Shown piece after piece: positions 1 to 9,511 of a stretch of 64,000 nucleotides of DNA. The stretch spans positions 320,001-384,000 of the forward strand of contig OZ242351.1 of assembly GCA_965208675.1 (NCBI GenBank), read 5' to 3'. The stretch is from Candidatus Poribacteria bacterium (GTDB taxonomy: Bacteria; Poribacteria; WGA-4E; PCPOR2b). Under the pieces are notes generated by a model that worked only from the letters and a program-made list of their open reading frames with translations, did not search any database and was not told the origin of the DNA. How positions within the stretch are numbered: the stretch's first letter is position 1; the number at the start of each line of letters is the position of its first letter. The translations under genes and the position numbers were made by a program.

Positions 1-316
1 TTCCATCTCAATACTTACCCTTGAATATCAATTCAGTCGCCACAGTCCAAAAATCTACCCGTTGCCAGAAAGTGCCCTTATTTGTTCCCATCGCTCTAAA
101 TTTTTTGGATGTTGTTGGTATGCCTCAAGCGATCCATATTTTTTAATCATCTCCTGTTTCCACGTGCGCTTCGTCTATGTCCGACACGCTGTTTATTCCT
201 ACCTATCGCCTGTGTTGCTATTGAAGGCTGCGTACTAATTCTCACTGCTCCACTTTGAATCGTTCCGTATCCTTATAAAGTTGCACTGTTCTTATCAAGC
301 GTCACACACCCGCCCC

Positions 317-361
317 AAAAAAATAAAGCGTGACAAACCCCGCTTCCGTTCATCACGCTTT
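317..361 (-). terminator. Rho-independent terminator after the sulfite reductase gene
   Basis: Inverted repeat AAAGCGTGA (325-333) / TCACGCTTT (353-361), with an A-run at 317-323 (U-tract on the minus strand) about 30 nt past the stop at 390. Confidence 0.65.
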
Positions 362-389
362 AATTTGACGACGCTATACGCTTGATGAT

Positions 390-2828
390 TTATTCGCCTT
401 TTCGAATCATGAGGCGATAGTGACTACCAATCTTCTTGGTGTCGGTAATCTCATGCCCGTCATTCGTCAGGCTCTTGGGGACGTTTTCAATCGGTTCACC
501 GTCGTCAATCGTGATTTCGAGGAGTTGACCGGCATCCATCGTCTCCAACCGGATTTTGGCTTGCACGTAGTTGAACGGACACGCAACGCCTTTGAGATCG
601 AGGCTATCGACGATTTCCTCGACCGGCTCAGCCTTGGGCTCTGCTTTCGGGATCCGGGCTGGACGGGCTTCCCGTTTCTTGCTCCCGGCTTCTTCCTCTT
701 GACGAATCCGCATCCGTCCGTAGACGTTGTGTGCCTCCTCAACGAAGAGGGTCGCCTCTTCGACGCGCCGGTGGGTCAGCTCCCTATCAAACGCGCTGGT
801 ATCTTCCTCTACCGCCTTAAACAGGTGCGCTCCGAATCCCGGGAAGACGATTCCCGGCTCAAAAAACCGAACTCGGAATTCCTTGACCGTTGTCTCATCG
901 TCAATGTGCTGCAGCCCTTCTGTCGTTAGCAACGCGTCCGCAGCCTTTATCATAGCCTCAAAGGCGTGTTGGGCGGAATCGACATATTGATCTCGTTCGA
1001 GATCCACGCCCGCCTCATAAATCAGCCGGTCGGCTTCCTCAAGTATAAACGAGACCAACTCGACCAATTGTCCCGCGCACTCGCCAACAGCTTTCTTGAG
1101 TTGAAACTCCTTTGTGTCGCCGGTGTCGATGTAATAGCTGGGGTCTTCTTCAAATGTGGGGATTTGGTCGTATTGGCGGAGTATCGACTTAACTTCGGCT
1201 TTGCCCAGTTTTTCGATATAGTCCGTGAACGATTCCTCGTCGGTGCGTTCATCAATGTACTTGCCGGTCAAGTGCTCGATAAATTGCGGTATGTTCTTAC
1301 CGTGGATTTTTCCAGCGGCAAGTCCATAAGCGCCTGCGTTATCAGTGGCATGGCCGCCCAACATCACCTGATAGTACGGGGCGATATGTTCACCCATTCG
1401 TCGAGAGGAGCCGAAGAACCCAATGTTCGCAATGTGGTGCTGGCCGCACGAGTTGGGGCAGCCGCTAATCTTGATTCGCAAGTCTTGAATCTCGTCTTTA
1501 ACACCGGTGTCGAGAAGATAATTCCTCAGGTGCGCAGCCAACCCGCGCGAAGACGAAATTCCCAGTTTGCATGAATCCGTGCCCGGGCAGGCCGTAATGT
1601 CAACCAAAGTCTCCGCACCCGAAGCCGCTAATCCTATCGCATCAAGATCACGGTATAGTGCGGGCAAATCGCTCAAACTGACCCATCGCAGCACAAGATT
1701 CTGCTCGACCGTGGTACGAATCGTGTCCTTGACGTACTGGCGGGAGATTTCCGCCAACGCCCGCGCCTGGTCAGCCGTAATGTCTCCGAGCGGCAACGTG
1801 ATGTTGACCACCGTATAACCCGGTTGGCGCTGGGTACGCACATTGGAGGCGTGCCACTGATCGAATCCTTCAGGTTTTGACGCGCCGTTAAGTTGGGACG
1901 GCGGTTTCAACGGCGTTTCATCATACGCATCCAGATTGTCGAGATGTGCAGTCCACGCGGGGTCATGCCGCAACTGTTCGCGCTCCTCCAATACAAGGCG
2001 GCGAAACTCTTCTACGCCGAGTTTTGCCACGACGAACTTCATCCGCGCCTTGTTCCGATTTTTTCGCTCGCCCAACCGCGTGAACACCTTCGAAATCGCC
2101 TGCGAAATCGGCAATAACTCCTCTTCAGGTACAAACTCGTCAAAGACTTTTGCCTGATGCGGCACTGCGCCAAGCCCGCCGCCAACAAGCAATTTAAACC
2201 CGCGCTTCAGCTTTCCGTCAACCTCTTTTAACACCGCAACCGCGCCGATATCGTGCATGTAACCCAAGCCGCAAGCGTGTTCATGGCATCCGGAAAATGC
2301 AATCTTGAACTTTCGTCCAAAGTCCTGCGCATCTTGATGTCCCAACAAAAATGCTGAGAGTGCCATTGAATGCGGTGTGACATCAAACGGCTCGTCGTTG
2401 CAGACGCCGGCAAGCGGGCAAGCCGTAACATTGCGGACGACATTGCCGCACGCCTCCTTGGTTGTAATGCCGACGGATGCCAGCCGGCGCATTAACTCAG
2501 GCGTGTTGTTTATATCGACATAGTGGTACTGCACATCCTGCCGCGTCGTGATGTGGATGATGTTGTCCGAGAATTCTTCGGCAATATCGGCAAGCATTTC
2601 CAATTGCAGGGCGTCTAATCCGCCGAAAGGAATCTTCACGCGAATCATTTGAGAGCCGTCGTCGCGCTGTCCATAGACGCCGTGGCGCAGTCTGAATTCA
2701 AGGAAAATCTCTTCCGGCATTTGCCCCGCCTGTACACGGCCTAGTTGCATCTCATAAATTTCAATCGCGCGGCCGTCATCTGGGGAAATTGTACCGGGGT
2801 CATATGGGGCTAAACTATCTGTGGTCAT
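390..2828 (-). CDS. Ferredoxin-dependent nitrite/sulfite reductase (siroheme, 4Fe-4S) fused to a HEPN-like domain and a C-terminal TusA/SirA domain
   Basis: Motifs GVYGQR, HITTRQDVQ, RNVTACP, RKFKIAFSGC, ACPGTDSCKLG and KISGCPNSCGQH; C-terminal LDLKGVACPFNYVQAKIRLE (TusA-like). The ATG at 2828 follows AAGGAG. Confidence 0.9.
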   Translation of the reverse strand: MTTDSLAPYDPGTISPDDGRAIEIYEMQLGRVQAGQMPEEIFLEFRLRHGVYGQRDDGSQMIRVKIPFGGLDALQLEMLADIAEEFSDNIIHITTRQDVQYHYVDINNTPELMRRLASVGITTKEACGNVVRNVTACPLAGVCNDEPFDVTPHSMALSAFLLGHQDAQDFGRKFKIAFSGCHEHACGLGYMHDIGAVAVLKEVDGKLKRGFKLLVGGGLGAVPHQAKVFDEFVPEEELLPISQAISKVFTRLGERKNRNKARMKFVVAKLGVEEFRRLVLEEREQLRHDPAWTAHLDNLDAYDETPLKPPSQLNGASKPEGFDQWHASNVRTQRQPGYTVVNITLPLGDITADQARALAEISRQYVKDTIRTTVEQNLVLRWVSLSDLPALYRDLDAIGLAASGAETLVDITACPGTDSCKLGISSSRGLAAHLRNYLLDTGVKDEIQDLRIKISGCPNSCGQHHIANIGFFGSSRRMGEHIAPYYQVMLGGHATDNAGAYGLAAGKIHGKNIPQFIEHLTGKYIDERTDEESFTDYIEKLGKAEVKSILRQYDQIPTFEEDPSYYIDTGDTKEFQLKKAVGECAGQLVELVSFILEEADRLIYEAGVDLERDQYVDSAQHAFEAMIKAADALLTTEGLQHIDDETTVKEFRVRFFEPGIVFPGFGAHLFKAVEEDTSAFDRELTHRRVEEATLFVEEAHNVYGRMRIRQEEEAGSKKREARPARIPKAEPKAEPVEEIVDSLDLKGVACPFNYVQAKIRLETMDAGQLLEITIDDGEPIENVPKSLTNDGHEITDTKKIGSHYRLMIRKGE

Positions 2829-2933
2829 TATTTCTCTCCTTTGCACTATTCAACTTATGAAGACTCCAATGCCTTACGAATTTCATGTTTAGAATGGGGG
2901 AGATTGCACGCTGCATAGATCTATCAGACTATA

Positions 2934-2962
2934 ACTATAACGCGAATGCCCGGAGAAGTCAA
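2934..2962 (-). promoter_or_regulatory. sigma70-type promoter for the sulfite reductase
   Basis: TTGACT-17 bp-TATAGT on the minus strand. Confidence 0.6.
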
Positions 2963-3024
2963 GTCAAATTGTCTGTATATGGCATTTTGCGCGTGCCCGC
3001 CGGTGTTGTTCCAACGAAAATGGC

Positions 3025-3053
3025 TTGACGGAAAATTTCCTGCGCATTAAACT
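3025..3053 (+). promoter_or_regulatory. sigma70-type promoter for the glutaredoxin-like gene
   Basis: TTGACG-17 bp-TAAACT. Confidence 0.55.
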
Positions 3054-3184
3054 GTTATTATAGTCACGCCATTATTGCCCCAAACAGTGATTCGCGCACA
3101 TTCGAGCTCAGCAGAATCCCATTTGAATTATTCCCATTCTTGCAAATTCGTTTTTACCAACCATACCAACGCCTAGGTGCATTT

Positions 3185-3460
3185 ATGGAACCCTTAACGC
3201 TTAAACTGTACACAAAACCTGATTGCCCGCTCTGCGATGATGCCAAAGACGCACTCAATGCGGTCGCAGCGGACTCACAAATTCAGATCGAGGAAATTGA
3301 CATCACGTCTAATCTAGGATTGTTCACGAAATACAAAAACCTGATACCTGTCTTGGAGTTGGACGGCAAACGCATGTTAGAACATCGCATTGATGTGCGG
3401 GTACTCAAGCGAAAGTTGAAGTGGAGGCGATTGTATCGGAAGTTGGTAGAATCACTTTGA
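3185..3460 (+). CDS. Glutaredoxin-like protein (DUF836/NrdH-like)
   Basis: LKLYTKPDCPLCDDAK with a CxxC motif, EEIDI and IPVL. ATG 3185 is preferred over the upstream TTG. Confidence 0.85.
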   Translation: MEPLTLKLYTKPDCPLCDDAKDALNAVAADSQIQIEEIDITSNLGLFTKYKNLIPVLELDGKRMLEHRIDVRVLKRKLKWRRLYRKLVESL

Positions 3461-3507
3461 ACGTTGAGCACAATTGCAGTATCCATGATTGAGGTGCAAC
3501 GTTTGAG

Positions 3508-3536
3508 TTGACTATCATGCCGGATTATGCTACATT
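3508..3536 (+). promoter_or_regulatory. sigma70-type promoter for the aldo/keto reductase
   Basis: TTGACT-17 bp-TACATT with an extended TG. Confidence 0.5.
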
Positions 3537-3632
3537 GAGAGTTGGAATCTAGAAGTCAGAACATCCGAGACGTGGACTGCGGATTATGATATATCGTGAC
3601 GGCGAATAATAAACACAACGGGAGGTCAAACT

Positions 3633-4655
3633 ATGGAATATCGTCCATTTGGGCGGACAGGGCTCCAAGTTTCTGCGATTGGATTCGGTTGCTGGGAGAT
3701 GGGGGGAGATTACGGTTCAATTGATGAAACAGAGGCGGCGAATGCTGTGCATCGTGCCATTGATTTGGGCATAAACTGTTTTGATACGGCTGAAGCCTAT
3801 GGTATGGGTAAATCAGAGGAGGCGTTGGCTAAAGCGTTGGGGCATCGGCGGAAAGATGTTATCATCGTAACGAAGTTCGGCGTCGGCTACGAGAACGACC
3901 GTCAGAAAGGGAAAGACAGCAGCCGAAAAATGGTGCATGCCGCCATTGATCGCAGCTTGAAAGCGCTAAACACCGACTATGTGGATGTCTATTTAGTCCA
4001 CTGGCCCGATCGCTCGACTCCTTTTGAAGAAACGATGGGTGCGTTTGATGAGATTGTACAGCAAGGTAAAGTCCGTTACGTTGGGCTGTCGAATTTCACC
4101 CTCGATGAAATCAAGGCGTGCATGGCAATACGGCCAATTCATGTTTTGCAGTACGGCTGCAATCTGTTTGATAGGCGTATGGCGAAATGGATCTTCCCTT
4201 ACGCTCAAAAACAACAGATTGGCGTAATGTCGTACGGATCGCTTGCCTATGGATTGCTATCCGGCACCTTCACGAAGGAGACAACCTTTGGCGACAAGGA
4301 TTGGCGTAGCAGGGACGAATGGCTGCACTTGTTGAGGTTCTTTACACCGGAGGTTTTCGAAAGTAACGTCGAGGTCGCCATTGCGATTTCTGACATTGCC
4401 GAACGGTTAGGAAAAAAACTTCCGCAATTTGCTCTCAATTGGGTTTTGTCGCATCAGGCGGTTAGCACCGCGCTTGTTGGCGCAAGGCGGCCCCTCGAAG
4501 TTGAGGAAAACATGGGTGCTATCGGCTGGAGTTTGTCTGATGAAGTGATTGCCGAAATTGATAAAATCTTTGCTGATAACGATGTAGATCCCGCCCCGAA
4601 TACGTGGGTGGAAGAGATTGAAACGCATGACACGGATACCTCCAACGCCAACTAA
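3633..4655 (+). CDS. Aldo/keto reductase
   Basis: MEYRPFGRTGLQVSAIGFG, FDTAEAYG, TKFG, YLVHWPD and GKVRYVGLSN; GGGAGG Shine-Dalgarno (SD). Confidence 0.95.
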   Translation: MEYRPFGRTGLQVSAIGFGCWEMGGDYGSIDETEAANAVHRAIDLGINCFDTAEAYGMGKSEEALAKALGHRRKDVIIVTKFGVGYENDRQKGKDSSRKMVHAAIDRSLKALNTDYVDVYLVHWPDRSTPFEETMGAFDEIVQQGKVRYVGLSNFTLDEIKACMAIRPIHVLQYGCNLFDRRMAKWIFPYAQKQQIGVMSYGSLAYGLLSGTFTKETTFGDKDWRSRDEWLHLLRFFTPEVFESNVEVAIAISDIAERLGKKLPQFALNWVLSHQAVSTALVGARRPLEVEENMGAIGWSLSDEVIAEIDKIFADNDVDPAPNTWVEEIETHDTDTSNAN

Positions 4656-6586
4656 CCGTCGTGCCACCCCATGTTATATGTCGCAACTCTGAACACGGCG
4701 CTGATAATGCTCCAGATGCAGCCCATTGAGTAGTCCCCTAGAATCAATCCAGCAAAGAACGGGATGGCTCTCCGATATGCTTTCAACCCGCCGTACCGAA
4801 GGATGGAAAACTTCAGTGCCCAACTGATAAGGACTGGCACCCAAATATAGACCATCTCGCCCGGACTCATCCCTAGTACATAACCGACGGGGTGGAGCGG
4901 CCACCAGAGAAAACGCATCTTTAAAGCTAATAAAAGCGCGGTGATTCCCGTGCCTAGTCCCATGAATCCCATTGTCACGTAATCGTGTCCCCGTGGGAAA
5001 CTTAACCACAGTTGGAGGCGTTGGGTAAAGGTCTCGTATCCTACTCTCAAAATAAATGAACGCGAATTTGCTGCGCCGTGTTCATACAAGAGATGAAGGT
5101 ATATCAAAAAAGTCAAAGGTATGCCGACAGCAAGCGTGATGAGCATCGCCCGCAGTAGTTTGCGGTTATTGATGCTTGCCTGCTCGCCAATCCGAAATGA
5201 TTCTAGTTGGTTCGGCATGGGATGGTGGGGTTGATCCCGACTTAACCAATAGAAGAAGGAGAGTACGGTCAAGTTGCGAGGTCCATACGTGCGTGTGCCG
5301 AGCGACGTCACCATCGTCCGCGCCGGATTTAGGAATAGTATCTCATGCACAGCGACGCCAAGTCCAGCTCTGACTTTAGTTACTCCAATGGCGCTGCAAC
5401 AGTATATGCCAAAGAACAATAGCAAGACCCAAAAGGAAAGCCCAGCTTTGTAGGCGAACCAGAGGAGGAACAGCAGACCGCCGACAATCCCCAACAGCGC
5501 AGTCCGGTACCGCATGGGCTCGCTGATTTCATTCATTTCGCCCCTGCCCGCGAAGACGTGTGTGAAGACCCGTTTGATATGTTTGCGTCCAACCCATAAT
5601 GCAAGAAGCCCCAGTCCAATCCACGCCCCCTGTGCCTGTTCATCAAAATAGAGGGTGCGCCACCCCATGACACCCAGAAACATCCGCATCATTTTCTGTA
5701 ATAGGAAAAAGAACCACGCGGAAAATGCGAGATCTAGAGGCATAAAAAAGGAGAGTCCAATCACAAATGGCTGGAAAGAGATGAGCGTCCGGCCGGTATA
5801 AACCCACGGCTTCTCCCGCGGCGTAATGTTCTGCCACCCCACCGGTATAGCAGGAATGGCAGGATATAAGGCGTGCAAACCGTTCAGCAAACTGATTCCA
5901 GCCGCGACACCAAAACCGGCCCACATTAGCTTTTTTCTGAAGAATGACGATGGGTCTCTTCCCATTTCCAGAGGCATCCAAGTAATCGGATAAGTAAGTC
6001 TCTCGTGTTCCGTGAATTGCCGTCGGATTAGGGTGTTAATACAGATAAGAACAAAATAGATGACGAACGTGAAGGCGGACCAATAGAACATTGGACCAAT
6101 CCAAGCCTTAAAGCGATGTCGCGTGAAAACGGAGGACTCGCCGAGAAAAAAGCCGCTTAGTACGCTCTTGTCGTTCGTCGTGAACCATGGCGGGATATAC
6201 TGCCAGAACAAGTTTCGCCAGTCATTTTCCGCAGTGTCGAACCAGAACGGGTGGGCGAGCGTCCCCACCAATTTGTTCATCGTGGTGTGCCCCGACACCG
6301 TTGTTACCATTACAGCCATCACGTAGATGACTAAAAGGTTTGATGGACTGAGCGCATGCCTAGGAAGGAATTTCCGTAGTAGGAGGTTAAGTAAAATCAG
6401 AACAAACAGCGTGAATACGGCGTTACTGAAGAGCGACATGTAGTTGTGCACCAGACCGATGATGAGGTTGTTTACCGAAACCCAATAGGTGTTTACGATA
6501 ACCACAACAAGTCCGATGACTACAACTTTCAGAGGAATGTCAGTAGACTGTTTGTCTTCAATAGGTGGGAATTTTTCCACAGGCAC
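4652..6586 (-). CDS. Polytopic membrane protein, DUF6785/DUF6784 family (putative OPT-like transporter)
   Basis: Many transmembrane segments; RRQFTEHERLTYPI, WWPLHPVGY and LRYGGLKAYRRAIPFFAGLILGD are motifs typical of this family. Confidence 0.75.
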   Translation of the reverse strand: MPVEKFPPIEDKQSTDIPLKVVVIGLVVVIVNTYWVSVNNLIIGLVHNYMSLFSNAVFTLFVLILLNLLLRKFLPRHALSPSNLLVIYVMAVMVTTVSGHTTMNKLVGTLAHPFWFDTAENDWRNLFWQYIPPWFTTNDKSVLSGFFLGESSVFTRHRFKAWIGPMFYWSAFTFVIYFVLICINTLIRRQFTEHERLTYPITWMPLEMGRDPSSFFRKKLMWAGFGVAAGISLLNGLHALYPAIPAIPVGWQNITPREKPWVYTGRTLISFQPFVIGLSFFMPLDLAFSAWFFFLLQKMMRMFLGVMGWRTLYFDEQAQGAWIGLGLLALWVGRKHIKRVFTHVFAGRGEMNEISEPMRYRTALLGIVGGLLFLLWFAYKAGLSFWVLLLFFGIYCCSAIGVTKVRAGLGVAVHEILFLNPARTMVTSLGTRTYGPRNLTVLSFFYWLSRDQPHHPMPNQLESFRIGEQASINNRKLLRAMLITLAVGIPLTFLIYLHLLYEHGAANSRSFILRVGYETFTQRLQLWLSFPRGHDYVTMGFMGLGTGITALLLALKMRFLWWPLHPVGYVLGMSPGEMVYIWVPVLISWALKFSILRYGGLKAYRRAIPFFAGLILGDYSMGCIWSIISAVFRVATYNMGWHDG

Positions 6587-6726
6587 ATTATCAGAATTTT
6601 ACCAAAATTGGTAGGTGATTGGCGGCCAATTCGTAACGCCAAATTCAATACGGTCACGTCAAGCTGAACGGGAATTGAAGCGAAATTAGCTGCAATTTGT
6701 GACAATTCGAAAGGTGGCATTGTCCC

Positions 6727-7695
6727 CTATGCCGACAGGATGCAATCGAAATAGTGTTCTATGAATCCCTCCGCGTTCACGCCTACACAGACGCGGGCGT
6801 TCGTTTTCAGAGGACGCCGTCCAGGACGCAAATCGGCAATCGTCATTCCCTGCGTCAAATGTCCCAATGTTTCCACTTGCACGAAGGCATCAGTTGTATC
6901 AAAAAGGTCCGGCCGGGTTATTAGACCAATAGGAAGTGCATCGTGAATGTAGATACCGTCAAATCCCTCGCGTTGATGATGATACGCCATACTCACACGC
7001 GTAGCGTCCCGAAGAAACTTTGCCAGCCTATCACTCCGTACACCGCACTCGGCATTGAGGCGTTCGCTCTTAAGCATGACCCGGTGGGTCACATCCAGTG
7101 GCACTAGTGTAATAGGAACTCCAAAATCAAGTACCCGTTGAGCAGCGTGAGGATCGACGAAAATATTAAATTCAGCCGTTGTCGTGACGTTCCCGTAAGT
7201 CTCGAAGGCCCCTCCCATCAACACAATCTCTTTGATATTCCGCATGTGTTTAGGATTCTTGTCCATCGCTTTGGCAATATTTGTGAGAGGCCCAAGGGCA
7301 ACTAACACAAGTTCATAGGGGTGTTGGCAGGCGAGATCAATTATCAAATCGACCGCCGAGGCTGTTGACAATCGCAGTTCAGGATCTGGATAGCAACGCG
7401 AGCCATCTGGTCCATTGAGTTTCGTCACATCACCTAAGCCGTCAGATCCGTGTACGTGCGCCGCCGTCTCGAGCGGTTTGACCAGCGGTTGCGGCTCGCC
7501 TTGCGCAATGATTGGATATTCACCCAAATCCATTGTATTTAAGGTCAGCATCACATTGCGCGTACAAAAATCTACGTAAACGTTGCCGCTGACCGTCGTG
7601 ATTGCTTCAACCTTCATCTCCGGTGTTTTTAGTGCTAATATAATTGCTAAGGAATCGTCCACGCCGGTGTCAGTGTCTAATAGAATGCGTTGCAT
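6727..7695 (-). CDS. Inosine-uridine preferring nucleoside hydrolase
   Basis: ILLDTDTGVDD, VHGSDGLG, LGPLTNIA, GNVTTTAEFNIFVDPHAA, PLDVTH and IHD. Confidence 0.95.
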   Translation of the reverse strand: MQRILLDTDTGVDDSLAIILALKTPEMKVEAITTVSGNVYVDFCTRNVMLTLNTMDLGEYPIIAQGEPQPLVKPLETAAHVHGSDGLGDVTKLNGPDGSRCYPDPELRLSTASAVDLIIDLACQHPYELVLVALGPLTNIAKAMDKNPKHMRNIKEIVLMGGAFETYGNVTTTAEFNIFVDPHAAQRVLDFGVPITLVPLDVTHRVMLKSERLNAECGVRSDRLAKFLRDATRVSMAYHHQREGFDGIYIHDALPIGLITRPDLFDTTDAFVQVETLGHLTQGMTIADLRPGRRPLKTNARVCVGVNAEGFIEHYFDCILSA

Positions 7696-7768
7696 TGATG
7701 TCGTTCCCTGCTAAGGGCAAGCCATACATCAGACGGTTGCAAACTCGCCCCAAACCTTTTAAGCGGTT

Positions 7769-9511
7769 TTATTCGGTCGTCAACAGTCCTAGTCCTTCCT
7801 GAATTACGAGAATCTGATTAGGAACGATGTTACGAATAGTGTCAACAACACCGCTTGGCCACCGCACTTCGACGAGGTCAATCTTTTTTCTTTCACCCAG
7901 CCCAAAGTGCAGGCGGAGATCGTTCTGGGAGAGATAGCCCGAACCGCTCCTCACCTCGTCAATCTGCGTTAAGCCCAATGCGCTTATCTTTACCTTTGCT
8001 CCGATGCCCGCCCGATTGCTCTTGGTGCCGATGGTTTTAATCGTAACCCAATTGCACCGGTTCCCCCCATCGTTTCGGATAAGGTCGGGCGAATCGCTTG
8101 CGTTGCTAATCAACAGGTCCAGGTCACCGTCATTATCGTAATCACCAGTTGCAAGCCCGCGGCTTACCTTGAGCAATCCCAGCGCACTCTGCGATTCGGT
8201 CATACCGTCGACAAACACGCCCTTTCCGCTATTTATCAGTAGCTGATTGAGCTGTGCATAGGTGGTTGTATTATCGTATTTCTCGACTTCATCCTGCAAA
8301 TGCCCGTTTGCGATGAAGAGATCTTTGTCGCCATCGTTATCCACGTCAAAGAAATCCACGCCCCAACCTACGTAAGGGAGGCTATACCCCATGCCCGCGA
8401 TGAACGAAACATCGTTGAAGAAACCGTCGCCATCGTTACAATAAACCGCGTTCGGTTGTTCTTGGTAGTTTAGCGCGACGAGATCGAGAAGTTCATCGTT
8501 GTCGCAATCCCCAAAATCCACCCCCATAGTTCCCTGAACATTGCCGTTCTCATCTGCCTCCACCCCGGCCATCCAGCCGACGCTTTCAAAAGTGCCGTCT
8601 CCCGCATTGCGGTAGAGCAAGTTTTCGCCCGCATCAACGCCGACGTAGCAATCGACAAATCCGTCGTCGTCATAATCACCGAAAACAACCGCCATGCTCC
8701 GGCTCTCGGCGTTGTATACCCCAGCTTCCCGCGTAACATCAGTAAAGGTACCATCGCCATTATTACGATACAGGATGTCCGGTAATCCGGGAAAACTCTC
8801 GGGAGGGCAATACGTCGCTACTCCGATTTGAGTGCAGGATTTGTGTGCTTCCAAGCGAAAGTTGATGTAGTTGGTCACGTACAAATCTAAAAAACCGTCG
8901 TTATCGTAATCTGCAAACGCGCAGCCGAGGCTCCAGCGAACGTCTCCGACCCCGGAACGTTGTGTTACATCTGTGAAGCGTCCATCACCGTTATTGCGAT
9001 AGAGTACATTTTCGCCAAAATTCGTCACATACAAATCCAAATTGCCGTCGTTATCATAATCGCCGACTGCACATCCGCTGCCGTAACCGGTGTCTCCAAC
9101 GCCGGCAGATTCGGTTACATCGGTAAACGTGCTGTCTCCATTGCTGCGGTAAAGTTTGTTGGTCGGTGGAGTCTTTGAAGTGAAACCGGGAAGGTCTGCT
9201 CCGTTGACGAAGTAAACGTCCACGAACCCATCCCCGTCGTAGTCGAAAAATGCAACCCCTGATCCGACCGTTTCCAAGAAATACCGTCTACCCCCTCTAC
9301 CGTCAACATGCTGAAAGTCTATGTGTGCGCGCTCCGTAACAGCGGTGAGCATGATGTTATTCGCGCAGTTTGTCTCCGCGTTTCCGTCCGTGAAGCCCGC
9401 AAGTAGGATAAGGAATAAAACAATTTTCGCATTACGCAATATCTGATGCGCGGTACGTAAAAGGCGTGCCGTCAAATGCCCGCCTTCCGCCTTTTCTTTC
9501 ATCCCATCCAC
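7769..9511 (-). CDS. CRTAC1 family protein (FG-GAP/VCBS repeats with a C-terminal ASPIC/UnbV domain)
   Basis: Repeated DYDxDG motifs, YRNNGDGTFTDVT and SGSGYLSQNDLRLHFGLG, EVRWPSG. Start uncertain. Confidence 0.9.
   Translation of the reverse strand: MDGMKEKAEGGHLTARLLRTAHQILRNAKIVLFLILLAGFTDGNAETNCANNIMLTAVTERAHIDFQHVDGRGGRRYFLETVGSGVAFFDYDGDGFVDVYFVNGADLPGFTSKTPPTNKLYRSNGDSTFTDVTESAGVGDTGYGSGCAVGDYDNDGNLDLYVTNFGENVLYRNNGDGRFTDVTQRSGVGDVRWSLGCAFADYDNDGFLDLYVTNYINFRLEAHKSCTQIGVATYCPPESFPGLPDILYRNNGDGTFTDVTREAGVYNAESRSMAVVFGDYDDDGFVDCYVGVDAGENLLYRNAGDGTFESVGWMAGVEADENGNVQGTMGVDFGDCDNDELLDLVALNYQEQPNAVYCNDGDGFFNDVSFIAGMGYSLPYVGWGVDFFDVDNDGDKDLFIANGHLQDEVEKYDNTTTYAQLNQLLINSGKGVFVDGMTESQSALGLLKVSRGLATGDYDNDGDLDLLISNASDSPDLIRNDGGNRCNWVTIKTIGTKSNRAGIGAKVKISALGLTQIDEVRSGSGYLSQNDLRLHFGLGERKKIDLVEVRWPSGVVDTIRNIVPNQILVIQEGLGLLTTE

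Noticed and set aside
55-150. Short minus-strand ORF MIKKYGSLEAYQQHP...
   Set aside because: Only about 31 codons, the SD directly abuts the ATG, and no family can be assigned with confidence; possibly a gene remnant.
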